From positions 55,088,196-55,152,195 of the forward strand of contig NC_057718.1 of the NCBI RefSeq assembly GCF_004010195.1: a DNA stretch of 64,000 nt. Reading direction: 5' to 3'. The notes below the pieces were generated by a model that did not search any database, was not told where the DNA came from, and saw only the letters and a list, made by a program, of their open reading frames with translations. This DNA is from Chiloscyllium plagiosum. Its lineage: Eukaryota. The stretch's first letter is position 1; each line of letters begins with the position of its first letter. The position numbers and the translations under genes are program-made. This document shows, in pieces, positions 35,926-49,109 of this stretch.

Positions 35926-36344
35926 CTCTCATAGCTTCACTTAAAGACTTAGCATGTTCAACAAATTGGCCTTCACCTGTTTTCTGATTTAAATTTCTCT
36001 GGTTGAATTTAAGGTTGATTTTTAGCTTCTCTTGTGCTTCAAAGCATGATTGACTATTGTATTAACTTTGTTCTCAAATGCTTGTGTCTAAATTTCAAAA
36101 TGTACAGAACTAGTCCATTTGGCTGAAAAATAAGACACAATCAAAATTTAATCACTACTAATCAGTCATATTCTAATAAAATATTACTTCTAAATAGCTT
36201 TCTAGATACAAAGTACTAATTCAATCACCATTTTATAGTTTAAATATCGGAAGAATTCAATAAGGAGTTTCATGTAAAGAGAATGCAAATTGAGTATTCA
36301 GCCATGGAGGTTAGTATGCCCAAATTTGCTAAGTCTATTATGGA

Positions 36345-36905
36345 TTCATAGAATAATACAGCATGTAAGCAGACCCTTTGGTCCAACTAGTCCATGCTCA
36401 CCAAGTTTCCCAAACTATGTTAGTCTCACTTGCCTGCATTTGGCCCATATCCCTCTAAACCTTTTCTATTCATATACTTATTCAAACGTCTTTTAAATGT
36501 TGTAATTGTACCTGCATCTACCACTTCCTCTAACAGTTATTCCACATATGAACCACCCACTGTGTGAAAAAGTTGCCCCTCAGGTGCCTTTTAAATCTTT
36601 CTCCTCACATTAAAACTATGCCCCTGTCCACCCTAGGGAAGGGACCTTTGCTATTCACTTTATTTATGCCCCTCACGATTTTCTATGCTTCTATCCTCAA
36701 CTTCCTACATTCCAGTGGAAAAATTAACAGCCGATCCAGCCTATCTTTATAACTTCAACCATCCAGTTCTGGCAACGTCCTCGTATATCTTTTCTGAACC
36801 CTATCCAATTTAATAATGTCTTTCCTTTAGCAGGGTGACCAGAACTGTACAGAGTACTCCAGAAGAGACCTCACCAACATCCTGTACAATCTCAATATGA
36901 CATCA
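36345..36905 (-). mobile_element. CR1 3' fragment
   Basis: Reverse complement of the CR1 3' end seen at 25600-26170. Confidence 0.8.
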
Positions 36906-38834
36906 TTGTTGATTCCTCAATTTTTCATTCTTAATGACTAAATTTCATAACTGGTGCCAAGAGCAGAGCTGCAGCGGGAATATGTCACAAATGTTTTGCA
37001 GATTACTCAACAACTGAGAAAGACCGATTACAACAGAAAGTACAGAATATTTTTGGGTGTATCCCTTCATCAGTTATAGCAGGTTACCATCCATTACATT
37101 TGTCTTCTTTTCTCTCAGATGCCAACAATTCCTGGTGAATTTCCAACATTTCATACCATTTTTATTTGAATTTCCTAGCAGTTACAAAATGGGAAAATGA
37201 TAAAGAAACTGTAAATCTACCAAATAAAAAAATGGAAACTACTTGAGTTTGCTTTATTGCTAAATTTAAGTGTAATGCATTAAACTTGCAAAGAAATACG
37301 TTTTCACAATCCATGTCATCAAATAAAAATAACAAGTTACATGAAAATGTTTTCTTTTACTAAAATAGAAGACATCACAGTCTCGTGTGGGAGATCTGAG
37401 TTTGAATCTATTGGTTTTAACCTTACTGGGTTTAAGAGTTTTATGTGAAATAGGCTTTGACATTCTCAACACAGTTTCTGTGAATTTGGGTTTCTATGAA
37501 TATGGTCTCAGATTGGAAAACTTCAGCCTATTTAGAACATATGAGCCAAAGTTAACTCAAAGAAAACAAAAGTGCTTGTTACAAATTTGAGTCTAATGTA
37601 GATACTCAAGTTTAGTGACTGTAAAATCATCACATTTATTTAGAGAGTTATCTTACTGTCCTGCATCTAATTTTGTCATAACACTTTTTTTTTACATTAC
37701 AATAAACATGCAACAACTAGAAATGAGCTTAAATCCCAGCCTTAAATTCCACATTTCAAGAATCAAAACATATTCAAAAATATTCTAGGTCTTGGCTGTA
37801 TGACATGTAAAGCACAAGACTCCAAACTTAAATGTGTGCATCAGATACTCTGAGCTAGTTAACAAAGGTATAAATCCTTGTAAAGAAATGTTGTCTGGCC
37901 TTACTTGAGATGTTTACTCATTTGTGGTTTTCTATTAATTGTTTCATTGCAGTAATTTTCTTTTTTGTCCACAGTTTTGTGGAGCAGCTGCCTAATGAGT
38001 TGTTGGCATAAGCTTCTGCCCCCTGGATTATCAAAACTGCAACCTGAAGATGATTAAATATCAGAATACCAGAGTCTGAACCCAGGAAGGCACATCCTCT
38101 AGGAGAAGCCAGATTCACTGGGAGCAGTGCATAGTCAGAGAAGGGCAAGGGCAACTCATCCAGTTAACCATCAACATAATATCTACTTACCTCCCTCTAC
38201 CAGAGGAGTATTTGAACTTACCCAAAAGCCATGATGTCATTGTGTGCAGGTGAATTATTGGGAGAATTACAACTCTGTCTCAGATGTGCCCTTCACCTGT
38301 TTCCACAGCTTTATAACAACTTGTCTTTTTCAAACATAGCACTAGTGATAGTTTCCAATTGTCATGAACTTTCCAGTCACCATATTGTCCATCACACAAG
38401 TGAGAACTGTGTTGATTTGAGCCAGGTTACTTAGCTAGAGCAAAGAAGGTATTACTTTTGCCTAGATATTAGCAGTCTCCTTGAAACCTTCTTATAGATC
38501 CCTAAAGAGTTGATGGACCCTAGGTTGAAGACCCTCTGACAAACAGAACAGGAGATAAATTTGATAACTCTCTGAAAATTAATATGGAGATTGCAATGCA
38601 ACAGTAACCTGTGCCTATTGTTTTCAATCCAGACACAATGCCACCTTCATTTTGACTACGCATTTCAAGGATTTTGATAATGAGGCACACCTCCTTGCTG
38701 TTCATAAATAGAACACTAATATCATGAGCCTTCAGAAATATTTAAACATATTTTTCACCTTTTAATGTTGGAGTTGGTTTTGGGCAGTGTGCGAGAAATG
38801 AATCTAATCAGGGAAACTTTGAACATAGGAGAGT

Positions 38835-39370
38835 AGCATTCAAGTGTTTTTTAATGCTGCACTGGAGATTGTAGTGGAGATGGGGAAATGATGAAAGATA
38901 CATCTATTGGGCTGGAGGAAGTTATCAAAAATATTGGCAAAATGGGAACAGATAGCCATGGAGATTTATACACAAGTTTAGTCCTCAGAATCTGGATGCA
39001 GTGCCGCAATAGGATGAATGGCTTCACGTGAGTGATCAAGGTCAGTGAATGTGTCTTCAATTTCATACCTCAATAGCTGCACCACTAGTCACAGACAATA
39101 CTCAATTCACTGCACTCCTATCACTGACCTACCAACAAGCTTTATCAATCAGGTGTCATAATGTACTTCACAATCATGTGCTTCGCTGCACCTTCACATA
39201 CACAGTACTGTGCAAACTCGGATTTTATAACTCGCAAAAACAGCCAAGTATTCAAGTACCACAGTTAAACCATATAGCAGATTTTATAATATGAATGGAT
39301 ACACTTTTCCCTCTCACAGGAAAAGATAGCATTCAATCATAGAGGGCAGGTATGTAATGGAGGGTGAGTA
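38835..39370 (+). pseudogene. PIF/Harbinger Myb/SANT-like DNA-binding gene remnant (two exons)
   Basis: FNAALEIVVE...WEQIAMEI...RIWMQCRNRMNGF, donor-like AAG|GTCAGT near 39040, acceptor TCTCACAG|EKIAFNHRGQVCNGG near 39320. Confidence 0.6.
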
Positions 39371-40680
39371 TCCTAGACTGCATTTCCTAAACTCCATAGG
39401 ACAGATAGTGTCAGCCATTTTTGAGATGTTAATTACTGAGGTTGTTCACAGAGCAGGATTAGAACCATCAAACCGCATAGCTAGTCCTCCTTCACATATT
39501 CCACCACCCCCAAATCACACACTCTAATCTGATTTATAAGCACATGTTGTCAGCATGGATCAATTTTTCACCTCCCCGGTCACCATAACTTTAAACATGT
39601 GCCTTGCTTTTCAGCTACCCATGATTTGCAACTAGACCAGACAATCAAAGAACAGCAGGAAGAGAATGATGTTGAAAATACAGTGTTATGTCATTTCGTA
39701 TTCTCAGCCACCAGATCAGATACTGACATTGACCATAATTTAAAGAATAGCCTTGGGGTGGGATCCACAGGTGGTGAGACACCAGATATGAGTGACCGGC
39801 AAGAAGGGTAGGGAGCAAGGATAGCAAAGATGCATGGTTGCTGGACAGTGAGGTTACACAGGGGTTCTGCGTCAGGGGACTCAAATTAACAGCTTGATAA
39901 GGTTGCTTACGGAAGAAAACTGTTGCATTTGCTCAATTAAATGTTAAAGAAACCTGACAGCTAATCTTCTACCAATAACTATAATAATGGCACAACCATT
40001 CTCCATTTTTTCTGCCATAGAAGTGGTGGCCAAGTCCCTTTACACATTCACGGATTCACGGATGTTCACCAAGTTTAGCCATTCTGGCTGTGGATTGCCA
40101 TGTGCAAAGGATCTTGTGATTTGTCCTCAAACAATAAGATTGCCAATGCACTGGCCATGGCTTGTAGCAGTTTTCTAGGATTAGGGAGGGAACTTAGACT
40201 TAGGGAGTGGAGGGGAACCTGTTGACCTCTCTCAAAAAAATCAATACATGCTCTCAGCTGTGCTCAGCTATCCATCCATTGCTGTCATGACAGAACAGTC
40301 CAGATTCATGACTTCTAAATCCAAAGTTGATAAAGGTCATCCTCCAAAGCCATTTACAGTCTATGGCTCTGAAAATAAGCAGCCTTACATCAGCCATGCT
40401 GTAGCCACTTGAGGAACCACTGAGTAGGAGCTCTGGAGCAGGCAAAGGTATACAGAGATGTGCCACTAATGGAATGCACAAAGGTGATGAGTTGACTTCT
40501 GCATTCAATTTGCTAATGTTTGATTTAAATATTTGATTTGAAATATTTGGTTTGTGGTAGCCTTTGTTTTAGTTTTGTTGCTAAGAGCATGCTGTGACAG
40601 TTAAAAAAGGGAAGGCAGAGGATGTGGGACTGTTCACCATATGAAGTCACATGAGTCGATCAGATGACCCATACAGTGAT

Positions 40681-40875
40681 TGTAATGAGGTTGATCTTTT
40701 GGGACTGTTAATCTGGTCCAATCAGGGAGCGCTGGCTGATAGATGTAAACAAGAGTGTCAGAAATTCTGTTCACTGTGAGAGCTGGCTCTGAGGAAGCTG
40801 GATCAGTATCAAGGACTTCCCACGTGTAAATAAAGGGTGATTTGGTGATAGATACCAGCCTCTGACGTTAATACC
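40681..40875 (+). mobile_element. Short solo LTR
   Basis: TGTAATG start, CCAATC box, AATAAA near 40830; resembles a common short shark LTR (recall). Confidence 0.5.
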
Positions 40876-41144
40876 GTCCAGCTGGAAAGAGGCTGTATTC
40901 ATTGCCATTCTCTCCATCATCCTCTTGATCCTCAGAGACTCCTGAGCTAGTCTCCATGCGGTTGATGGCAAGGGTATGCCCTCATGATAGCAATGTTTTG
41001 CAGCGTGGAGCAGACCACAATGAACATGTTCTGCTGAGTACAACAAGGAACCTCCAGAGATGTCCAAGTAATAGAGTTTATGCATCCCAGTGATCTGCTT
41101 GATAATATTTCATATGTTGGTATGACTTTTGTAATATGTAGAGT

Positions 41145-41330
41145 GCGATGCTGGGAAAAGCACAGTAGGTCAGGCAGCATCTGAGGAGCAGGAGAGTCCT
41201 AATGAAGGGTCCTACCCAGAACGTTATCCTGATTATCCTGCTCCTCAGATGCTGCCTAATCTGTTGTGCTTTTTCCAGTGCCATACCTTATCTACTCTGA
41301 CTGTCCAGCATCTGCAGTCCTCACTATTAT
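41145..41330. repeat. Penelope-like terminal inverted pair
   Basis: GGCAGCATCTGAGGAGCAGGA mirrored by TCCTGCTCCTCAGATGCTGCC. Confidence 0.7.
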
Positions 41331-41344
41331 CTGACTTTTGTAAT

Positions 41345-41785
41345 ATGAATATTGTCCATGTGTACGGGGGTTGTGCATTTCAATCATGAACCATATGTGC
41401 CAACAGATATCCCATTTCATTGAGTAGCATCCTCTACTTTGTTGTGGTAGCTTATAAGGAACTGTGGACTGTTGCTATATTAAAGCATTGTGACTGCTGC
41501 CAGAATACATAACATTAAGGTACATGGGTCACTGCATCTGTTTGTAGTAGGATGTTAAAGGCGTGGAATCTCTTCGGGTTGACATGCAATACCTACAAAG
41601 CAATGTTCATGCAGTCAATGGCACCCTGCACCATAGGGAAGGATGCAATCTTAGTGAAGACGTTCTCATACCATTTGGTTCTCGCTGATAACAAAGAATG
41701 AGTAGTGAGTTCCATGTCCTTTCTTATGCAACAATGAACAGTATATTCCAAGATATTGCAATAATCTCCAGTTCTAGCCAAAACA
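41345..41785 (-). pseudogene. PIF/Harbinger (HARBI1-like) transposase fragment
   Basis: IASFPMVQGAIDCMNIAL matches the GFP.VQGAIDCTHV motif. Confidence 0.7.
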
Positions 41786-42197
41786 TATAGGTAAGCCTAG
41801 ATACTAGATTTTCAATGAAACTTTACTATTTTAAGACTATTTCCATTTTACATTTACTGTAGTAAACTAGCAAGGTCAAGGTACTATTTTGTACTAACAT
41901 GAGGCTAAAGAAACCACTTTGTAATCTGTACTTCATAACTATTCCTGTATTCATCAAGAATTAGTAATCAGCCTGAAATAGTTGATTGACTGACATAACG
42001 TACCTCAATTAAGCTATAATTGAAGAATCATTAATTAACAGTATAGTTATATTATTTAGCTGGGTTTTGTTAAGAAGTTAAGTTTGTTTTAAAAGTACTA
42101 ATTAGCTGTTATAATGTTCTGTCTATGGGAACAACATGTGATCAACTACTGTGTGCTAGCTTGGAACATCGATGTCCTTGGTAAAGTCAAGGTGAGG

Positions 42198-42409
42198 AAG
42201 TGAGGACTGCAGATGCTGGAGATCAGAGCTGAAAATGTGTTGCTGGAAAAGCGCAGCAGGTCAGGCAGCATCCAAGGAGCAGGAGAATCGACGTGAGCAT
42301 GAGCCCTTCTTCAGGATTCCTGAAGAAGGGCTCATGCTCGAAATGTTGATTCTCCTGTTCCTTGGATGCTGCCTGACCTGCTGCGCTTTTCCAGCAACAC
42401 ATTTTCAGC
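42198..42409. repeat. Near-perfect palindromic Penelope-derived insertion
   Basis: 42228-42315 is the inverted copy of 42319-42409. Flanked by AAAGTCAAGGTGAGGA and AAAGTCAAGATGAGCA. Confidence 0.85.
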
Positions 42410-43199
42410 AAAGTCAAGATGAGCACTGGATAGTGAATAGACACTTGTACAAAATCAGAGAAACTCGTTTCAGGTTTTTTGGACGGTTTTTCACTGTGTG
42501 GCCTTGCAGAATTTCTCCCCATATCTTACCAAAACCACCTCATTGACTATCTACCCCACCCCGTGACGTCCCATTTGCCCAATTCTAGCTTCAACTTACC
42601 ACAAACTCTTTCCAGAATAACTCGCCAATAACTGGATATCCATTGTAAGACCAGCATCCCTCATGCCTGTGCCATCCTTAAAAGGCCACTGTGCTTTCTG
42701 GTAAGTGTTGACAATCCAGTGTTGTTCCTCATTGGCAATGTAATGGTGTAGCAACCATAAAGGTATGCTGCTTAATCATGTAATCAGCATGGCTGACACT
42801 CCCTCGCACATACAACCCATTGACTCACATAGTTACTGTTTAACCACCAGGCCACGCAGTTTACCTGCCCTTTGCTACATTCCATCTAATCATTCTCTCA
42901 CTGCCACTCTATCTCCAATGATGACTGGCAAACTACATCTTGCCCAGTATGAGAACACCACATCCTGGCAGGCAATGTGATAATTTGAAACACAAGCTTT
43001 TATCTACAAACAGCAAAAGCGAATAGAAACAAAATGAATAGATTGCAGTTCACTTCCACGTTGCAAACCAATGCTGGCAACATGAACAACAATTATTTTA
43101 CATTCCATGATGCACCCATCTCTCAACTATTAGAACTGGGTTTCAATCAGGTTCTATTTGGTTTGTAGCATCTGACACAGTTGAGCTTTGTCATGTGCA

Positions 43200-44000
43200 A
43201 CGGGAGCTTCCTTCTCCCCAATGTTCTTGTCTTCCTCCAAAGATTACTCCTGCTGTCCCAGATCTTCTGCATCTATCACATCACCTTGTCATCTGTACCA
43301 ATTGTACAAGGCATAGTATGAGGGGATAATGCGGAACACTGTCCAGCCTATACTGGAACCACATCTTCAGCAGCCTTATCGTCTGCTCCACCCTGACCCT
43401 GGGCAATACATAGATAGCCTTGTACTTGCACTCCATATCAGCTGGAGGTTGAGCAATGGTATCATGAGCCATAGTTGTGTTATTTGCAGTAACCAGCTCT
43501 GTATGGCACCATAACCCTGAAACATACCTTGTAACTGAGACTGCTCTAGGATGAGGGAGTTGTGGTCACTTCCAGGGTAGCAAGTACATATCTCCAGATT
43601 ACCTGATACAACCTTTACCTGTTGATGACTTCCACCGCACTGTAATACAGTCCTCTTAGTGCCATGTGAGTGAACAATGGCACCCTGCACCTTGGAAAAG
43701 CGAGCTGTTTCCAAATCCTATTGCTCAGACTACAGCACTGACCCCATTAGTGGGAAACAAAATGAATTGATGAGATTTTGCATAGATTACATTAATCACT
43801 GTCCCAATGAATTTGTAGGTGCATGCCGGGGAGATCTCATACAGGTTATCTATCACTGGCTGAAAAAAGCCAGACATATAGAAGCTCAAAGCAGCTGTGG
43901 CTGTCACAGTCAGTAGGAGAGGATCTCCTCCAAATTTTGCAGCCCTCAGATCTCATTGTAGCATCTGATATAGTCCCATCACAATGTCCAGGGACACCCA
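43200..44000 (-). pseudogene. PIF/Harbinger (HARBI1-like) DDE transposase pseudogene
   Basis: ALSFYMSGFFQ..ID..EIS...FILFP; RFSKVQGAI; YPGSDHNSLIL; WLMIPL; RVRVEQTIRLLKMWF. Confidence 0.85.
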
Positions 44001-44701
44001 GAACCTGCCTGATACTGCGCTTTGTTTATCCCCAGAAAGTGAAGTCATGAGCAAAAACACTTTGATCCTTATGTGGACCTGGTGCAGCCTGAAAAGGCTC
44101 TGTGGTTGTGATCTCTCCCTGACCCGGATGTTCCACAGCCTCCATGTCAATATACTGCTGTCCCTGGATTTGCCACCAGCCCTGGACCTGCTGCATCTGC
44201 TTTGGCCTCCTTAAGAAGGCAGGTACAGTGACAAACATTCCAACTGGGGAAGGGGACATTGCCCTTGCTGGAAATGATGTTCAGAACATAAGGAGCAAAA
44301 CAGGTTCCTAGGTCTCAGAACAGTCAGTAATCATATACCCTGGAGCTGAGAGCTGCACATTTGACTCCATACATTGAGACATGCAGCACCCCATAGCAGC
44401 ATCATTCATTCAGCTTCAGCCTCAGCATGTGCACCCACTTGGTTAAGGTGCCACAATAGTTGTGTGACTGACACTACATCAAAAGGGAGTACCTGCTGAA
44501 CTCTTATCCTCTTTCGACCCCAGGCCCACATCATTAAACTTTTCATTGCATTCAGTTGTGTCTGTCATTATCTTACAACATTGGTGATGAAGTGATTCTC
44601 TCTGCCTCCCACAGCACCCTTGGAAGTTGCACAAGTGATGAGTCATTTTTGGCAGCATCTGCCTCTTTTTAAGTCATTATTTCTAACTTCTGAATCATTG
44701 A

Positions 44702-44804
44702 AATACTAATCTTCAAATTGTACTGGTACAAATCACTTTGACAAGCATTTGAATACTAATCTTCAAATTGCACTGGTACAAATCACTTTGACCAGCATTT
44801 GAAT
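44702..44804. repeat. 50-bp tandem duplication
   Basis: AATACTAATCTTCAAATTG(T/C)ACTGGTACAAATCACTTTGAC(A/C)AGCATTTG occurs twice. Confidence 0.95.
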
Positions 44805-45079
44805 CCTAAACATGTTCATTTTGCAGGCATTGCAAATGAACAAAGAAATTATTACAAATTAAATGTACCTGGAGTTTGCAAATTCATTTTTTGTATTTGT
44901 CCATCAATGTCCTAACATCCAACAGACATAGATCCCATGCTTTCCTATCAAACTAACACTGATTTCACCCAGACATTTTGCAGCTGCATTTCACATCTAG
45001 AGAATTGCAAGTGATGGCAGTGGAGACTGTCCATTAGGTCTGCTCTACCATTCAATGAGATTATGACTGACCTGATATT

Positions 45080-46925
45080 GATTTGATTTTATTTAATTTG
45101 ATTTATTATTGTCATGTACTGAGATACAGTGAAAAGTATTGCTTTTCGTGCTATCCAGACAAATTAGACATTACATAAGTACATTAGGATAATAGAATGG
45201 AATGCAGAATATAGTGTTACAGCTACAGAGAAGGTGCAGAGAAATATCAGCTCTAAAGGTCCATTCATAAGTCTGATAACAGCTGGGAAGAAACTATTCT
45301 TGAATCTGCTGGTAGATGTTTTTAAACCGTTGCATCTTGTGCCCAATGGAAGAGAGTGGAACAGAGTATAACTGGGATGGGAGGGGTATGTGATTATATT
45401 GGCTGCTTTCCAAAGGCAGTGGGAAGTATAGACAGAGTCAATGGAAGGAAGGCTGGTTTTCATGATGGACTGGACTGCGTTCACAATTCTCTGTAATTTA
45501 TTGTGGTCATGGGCAGAACAGTTGCCATACCATGCTGTGATGCATCTGGGACAAGATGCTTTCTATTGTGCATCAATAAAAATTGGTATCAGTCGTTGTA
45601 GAGATGCTGAATTGCGTTAGTCTTCTGAAGAAGTAGAGGCTTTGTTGTGTTTTCTTCACTGTAGCATTGATGTGGATGGACCAGGACAGATTATTAGTGA
45701 TATTTACTCCTAAGAACTTGAAGCTGCCAACTACCTCCACCTCAGCACCATTGATATAGATGGGTCTGTGTCCTTCACTCCATTTCCTGAAGTCGATGAC
45801 AAAACCTTCATTTGTTGAATTGGAGAAGAGATTGTTGTCTTTAAGCAGTCTATCTCTTTCCCGATCTCTGTCCTGTTGTTTGAGATCTGACCCACTACAG
45901 TGGTGTCATCAGCAAGTTTGTAAATGGAATTAGAGTTGAATTTGGCCGCACAGTTGTAAGTGTACAAGGAGTATAGAAAGGGGCTGAGTATGCAGCCTTG
46001 TGAGGCACCAGTGTTAAGGATAATGGTGGAGGAGGTGTTGTCTCTAATCCTTACTAATTGCGATCTGCGGGTCAGGAAGTCAAGGATCCAGTTGCAGAGT
46101 GGGGGAGCAGAGTCCTAGGTCTTGGAATTTTGAGATGAGTTTCATTGGAATTAAGGTGTTGAAGGCAGAGCTAAAGTCAATAAATAGGAGTCTAATGTAG
46201 ATATCCTTGTTATCTAGATACTCCAGGGATGAGTGTAGGATTGGGAGATGGCATCTGCTGTGGACCTATTGTGATAGTAAGCAAATTGTCAAGCTAATTA
46301 TCAAGGTTGATCAATGCAATCTGGGAATCTGGAGTTAATGTTTTGATTACAAATCTCTCAAAGCACTTCATAATGGTGGATGTCAGAATCACTGGGCAGT
46401 AGCTATCAAACAGCTGTCATTAAGGCACATTGCCTGATTTTTCTTTGACACTTGGATGGTAGTGGTCTTCTTGAAGAACGTGGGAAGCTTACGTTGGAGT
46501 AAGAAGAAGTTAAAGATGTCTGCAAATACTTGCTGGTCTATGCAGGATCAGAGTGCATGGCTGGGGAGTCCATCTGGGCCAGTCGCTTTTCATGGGTTCA
46601 TTCTCAAGAAGGCTGATCTGACATCTGCTGCAGTGACTGTGGGTGCAGATACACCTACCCAAGGGGAAGGTGACATCATTTCACTGACCTCCTGTTCAAA
46701 ATGAGCACAGAATGCTTGAGCTCACGGGGGAGGGATGCACTGTTGTCACCAATTCTACTCAACTTTCCGTTGTAGTCCATTATATCATGTAGGCCAGTTG
46801 ATGTGAGTTTATGTGGTCAGTCTGGGATTCTAATCTGGTACTGTCTCTTGGCTTCCGTGTTGGCTTTGCAAGGATTGTACCTAGATTTCCTGCTTAGGTC
46901 AGGATAACCCGACTTGAACATCTCA
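45080..46925 (-). mobile_element. Rex1/Babar-clade LINE fragment
   Basis: [23 protein letters not shown]...LKT.T.RFKNSFFPAVIRL; (ATTTG)n tail near 45080. Confidence 0.8.
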
Positions 46926-48351
46926 AATTTGTAAATCCTTACTAATTGCAATCTGTGGATCAAGAAGTCAAGGATCCAGTTGCAGATTGGGGGAACAGAG
47001 TCCTAGGTCTTGGAGTTTGTCAATTTCTAATTCAATGACTTCTCTATATTCTGTCTCACAGCTCAGTGAAAAATCTTTCTCCTCTCACAGCCCTTTGCTG
47101 CCTAACTTTTTCCCAGCTCTATTTTTATTGAAGACATGATCCATTGTTAGCTGAAAGGGTTAATACTGGTTGCACTTCACAAGCACCATCCACTATGATG
47201 ATCTAACACAAACTAGTGGGCAGATTAAGAATTTTGATGAAGTCAGACCTAAGACCAGGTCCTCCCAACAATCTTCATAATAATGCATACCAAATTCTTG
47301 TAACATGTAAACAGTTGCAGAGATGCAATAAACTATGCTTTGTTTACTACAAGAGACTTCTAGTTAGATCAGAAGGTAACTATCCTCATCTATAGCAGTC
47401 CACACTGATCTTGGAAGAAAGTATTCCTCAACATACAGGTGGTAGCTGATACAACATAGTGAGTAATGATGGGGATCTAAAGACATGGTGAGCAGTGGTG
47501 GAGATCCACAGATTTAATTTAGTTGCTGCACAGTACAACACGGTAAGCAGTAGTGTCGAACTAAATATTTGCTTTAGCTTCACTATATTGTATGGTGATC
47601 AGCGGTGGTCATCTAAATGGGATCGGAAGAATAATCTGCCTACACATATAGTATTGTGAACAGCACTATGAAGGTTATCAGCAGATATATGCAGGTTTGA
47701 TGAACTCTTGCGAAAAAAAACACATAGCAACATTAACATTGAAGAATACATCAAAGACATTTAGAAAGCATTTCAGACCTGATGTGGGACACACTGGAAC
47801 ACGAGAAATATGCTGCTCCCAGGCTACAAGTACAAGCTGCATTGCAACATCTATGGGAGCAGTCCTGAGTTTAAATTCAGACAGTAAGTGAACAGACATC
47901 ACAGATTGTTTGAGTCAAAAAATTAAAATCCCTGGTACCAGGGGGAAGTTATCAATGGTACTGTATTCCAGGCTTGAAGGAAAGCATTTAAGATATAAGT
48001 TACAGCTCAGATTATGCACCGCTGGTGAGAGGATTTTATGAAGCACAGTAAGAGAATCAGGGATATTGCAAACCCAGTAATTAAATGCAGGTAAGCATTG
48101 GGAAAATTAAAGATATGAGCTACTCTGGTCTAACAGAGAAGCTTTTAAGGAGACTTGATTAAGCCTGTGGAAGGCTGGAGATCCTTGATTAAAGTCTCAA
48201 TAAGACATCATTCAGTAAAACCATAAAGAAGGATGAAATCATCCAGTAAAGCCATAAATAAATACATGACCCTTAATTTATGCTGCAAATGGTGGAAATT
48301 CTCCATTAAAACCATACAAAGGTGGGCATCTGCTAGTAAAGTTATGGGAAA

Positions 48352-48985
48352 TGTGATGATACTATGGCTTTAAGAAATGCATATTGTCCAGTTTTTCTTT
48401 AAAGAGAGGTCTTGAACCATAGGTGGGGAGCTGTCTGTTCCAATCCAATAAAGTAACAGCTTGTGAGTCCTTGGGTACTTTTTAAAATTGGAAGAATAGA
48501 GGCAGCATGAATGGATGGAATCAGGCTCCCACATAAACATGGTTTTAGTTTAACTTTCAGCAATTACTGAGGTTTCGAAGCTGGTTGTGGAAACTCCTAC
48601 ATCTTTCTCTGTGTTATAACTAAAAGCTTGGGTGCTCTTTCTGCTGCCAGAATTGCATGTGAGACAATTTGTTCTAATGACATTGCCTTTGCAAAGGGTG
48701 TGTTTATAGGATGTTACTATATTGGAACAGTTGTTGTTTAGGAGTTAAATAATCTATTATCCTGTTAAGTTTTCCAAAAGAGTTAGTTTATTCCAATTCT
48801 TATTACTTTTGTTTGTGTTTTAACTGGGGATAAAAATAAAGTGTGATTTGCTTGAAGCCAAGTCGTATGGCTAATCAAATTACATCCGGAACACAGCACC
48901 TTATACGTGCCTTTAAATAATATAAAAGTTAGGGTGTAGATTATCTTCCAGATATATTTGAAGGGGTTCAGCCTGGTTCATAACA
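48352..48985 (+). mobile_element. Solo Gypsy-type LTR
   Basis: TGTGATG...CATAACA termini, AATAAA near 48835; homologous to 34069-34791. The left boundary could alternatively lie near 48034. Confidence 0.65.
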
Positions 48986-49109
48986 GAAGACAAAATAACC
49001 TCCAATCTGGTGAAAGTATAGGAAAGGCTTGAACAGCAGCAAAGTGCAGGAGAACTGGTATTACTTCAGGATAAAAATCTTTGATAAATATTGATAAAAA
49101 TATTAAGGA

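Noticed and set aside
42223..42546. Mirror-image ORFs on both strands
   Set aside because: A by-product of the palindromic repeat, and the same peptides recur at other copies
43200..44000. Functional HARBI1 gene
   Set aside because: Multiple frameshifts and degraded catalytic motifs indicate a transposon fossil
48029..48990. Longer solo LTR starting at 48034 with GAGGA/GAAGA TSD
   Set aside because: Homology with the 34069 copy begins near 48352, so the TSD-like match may be chance; not fully excluded
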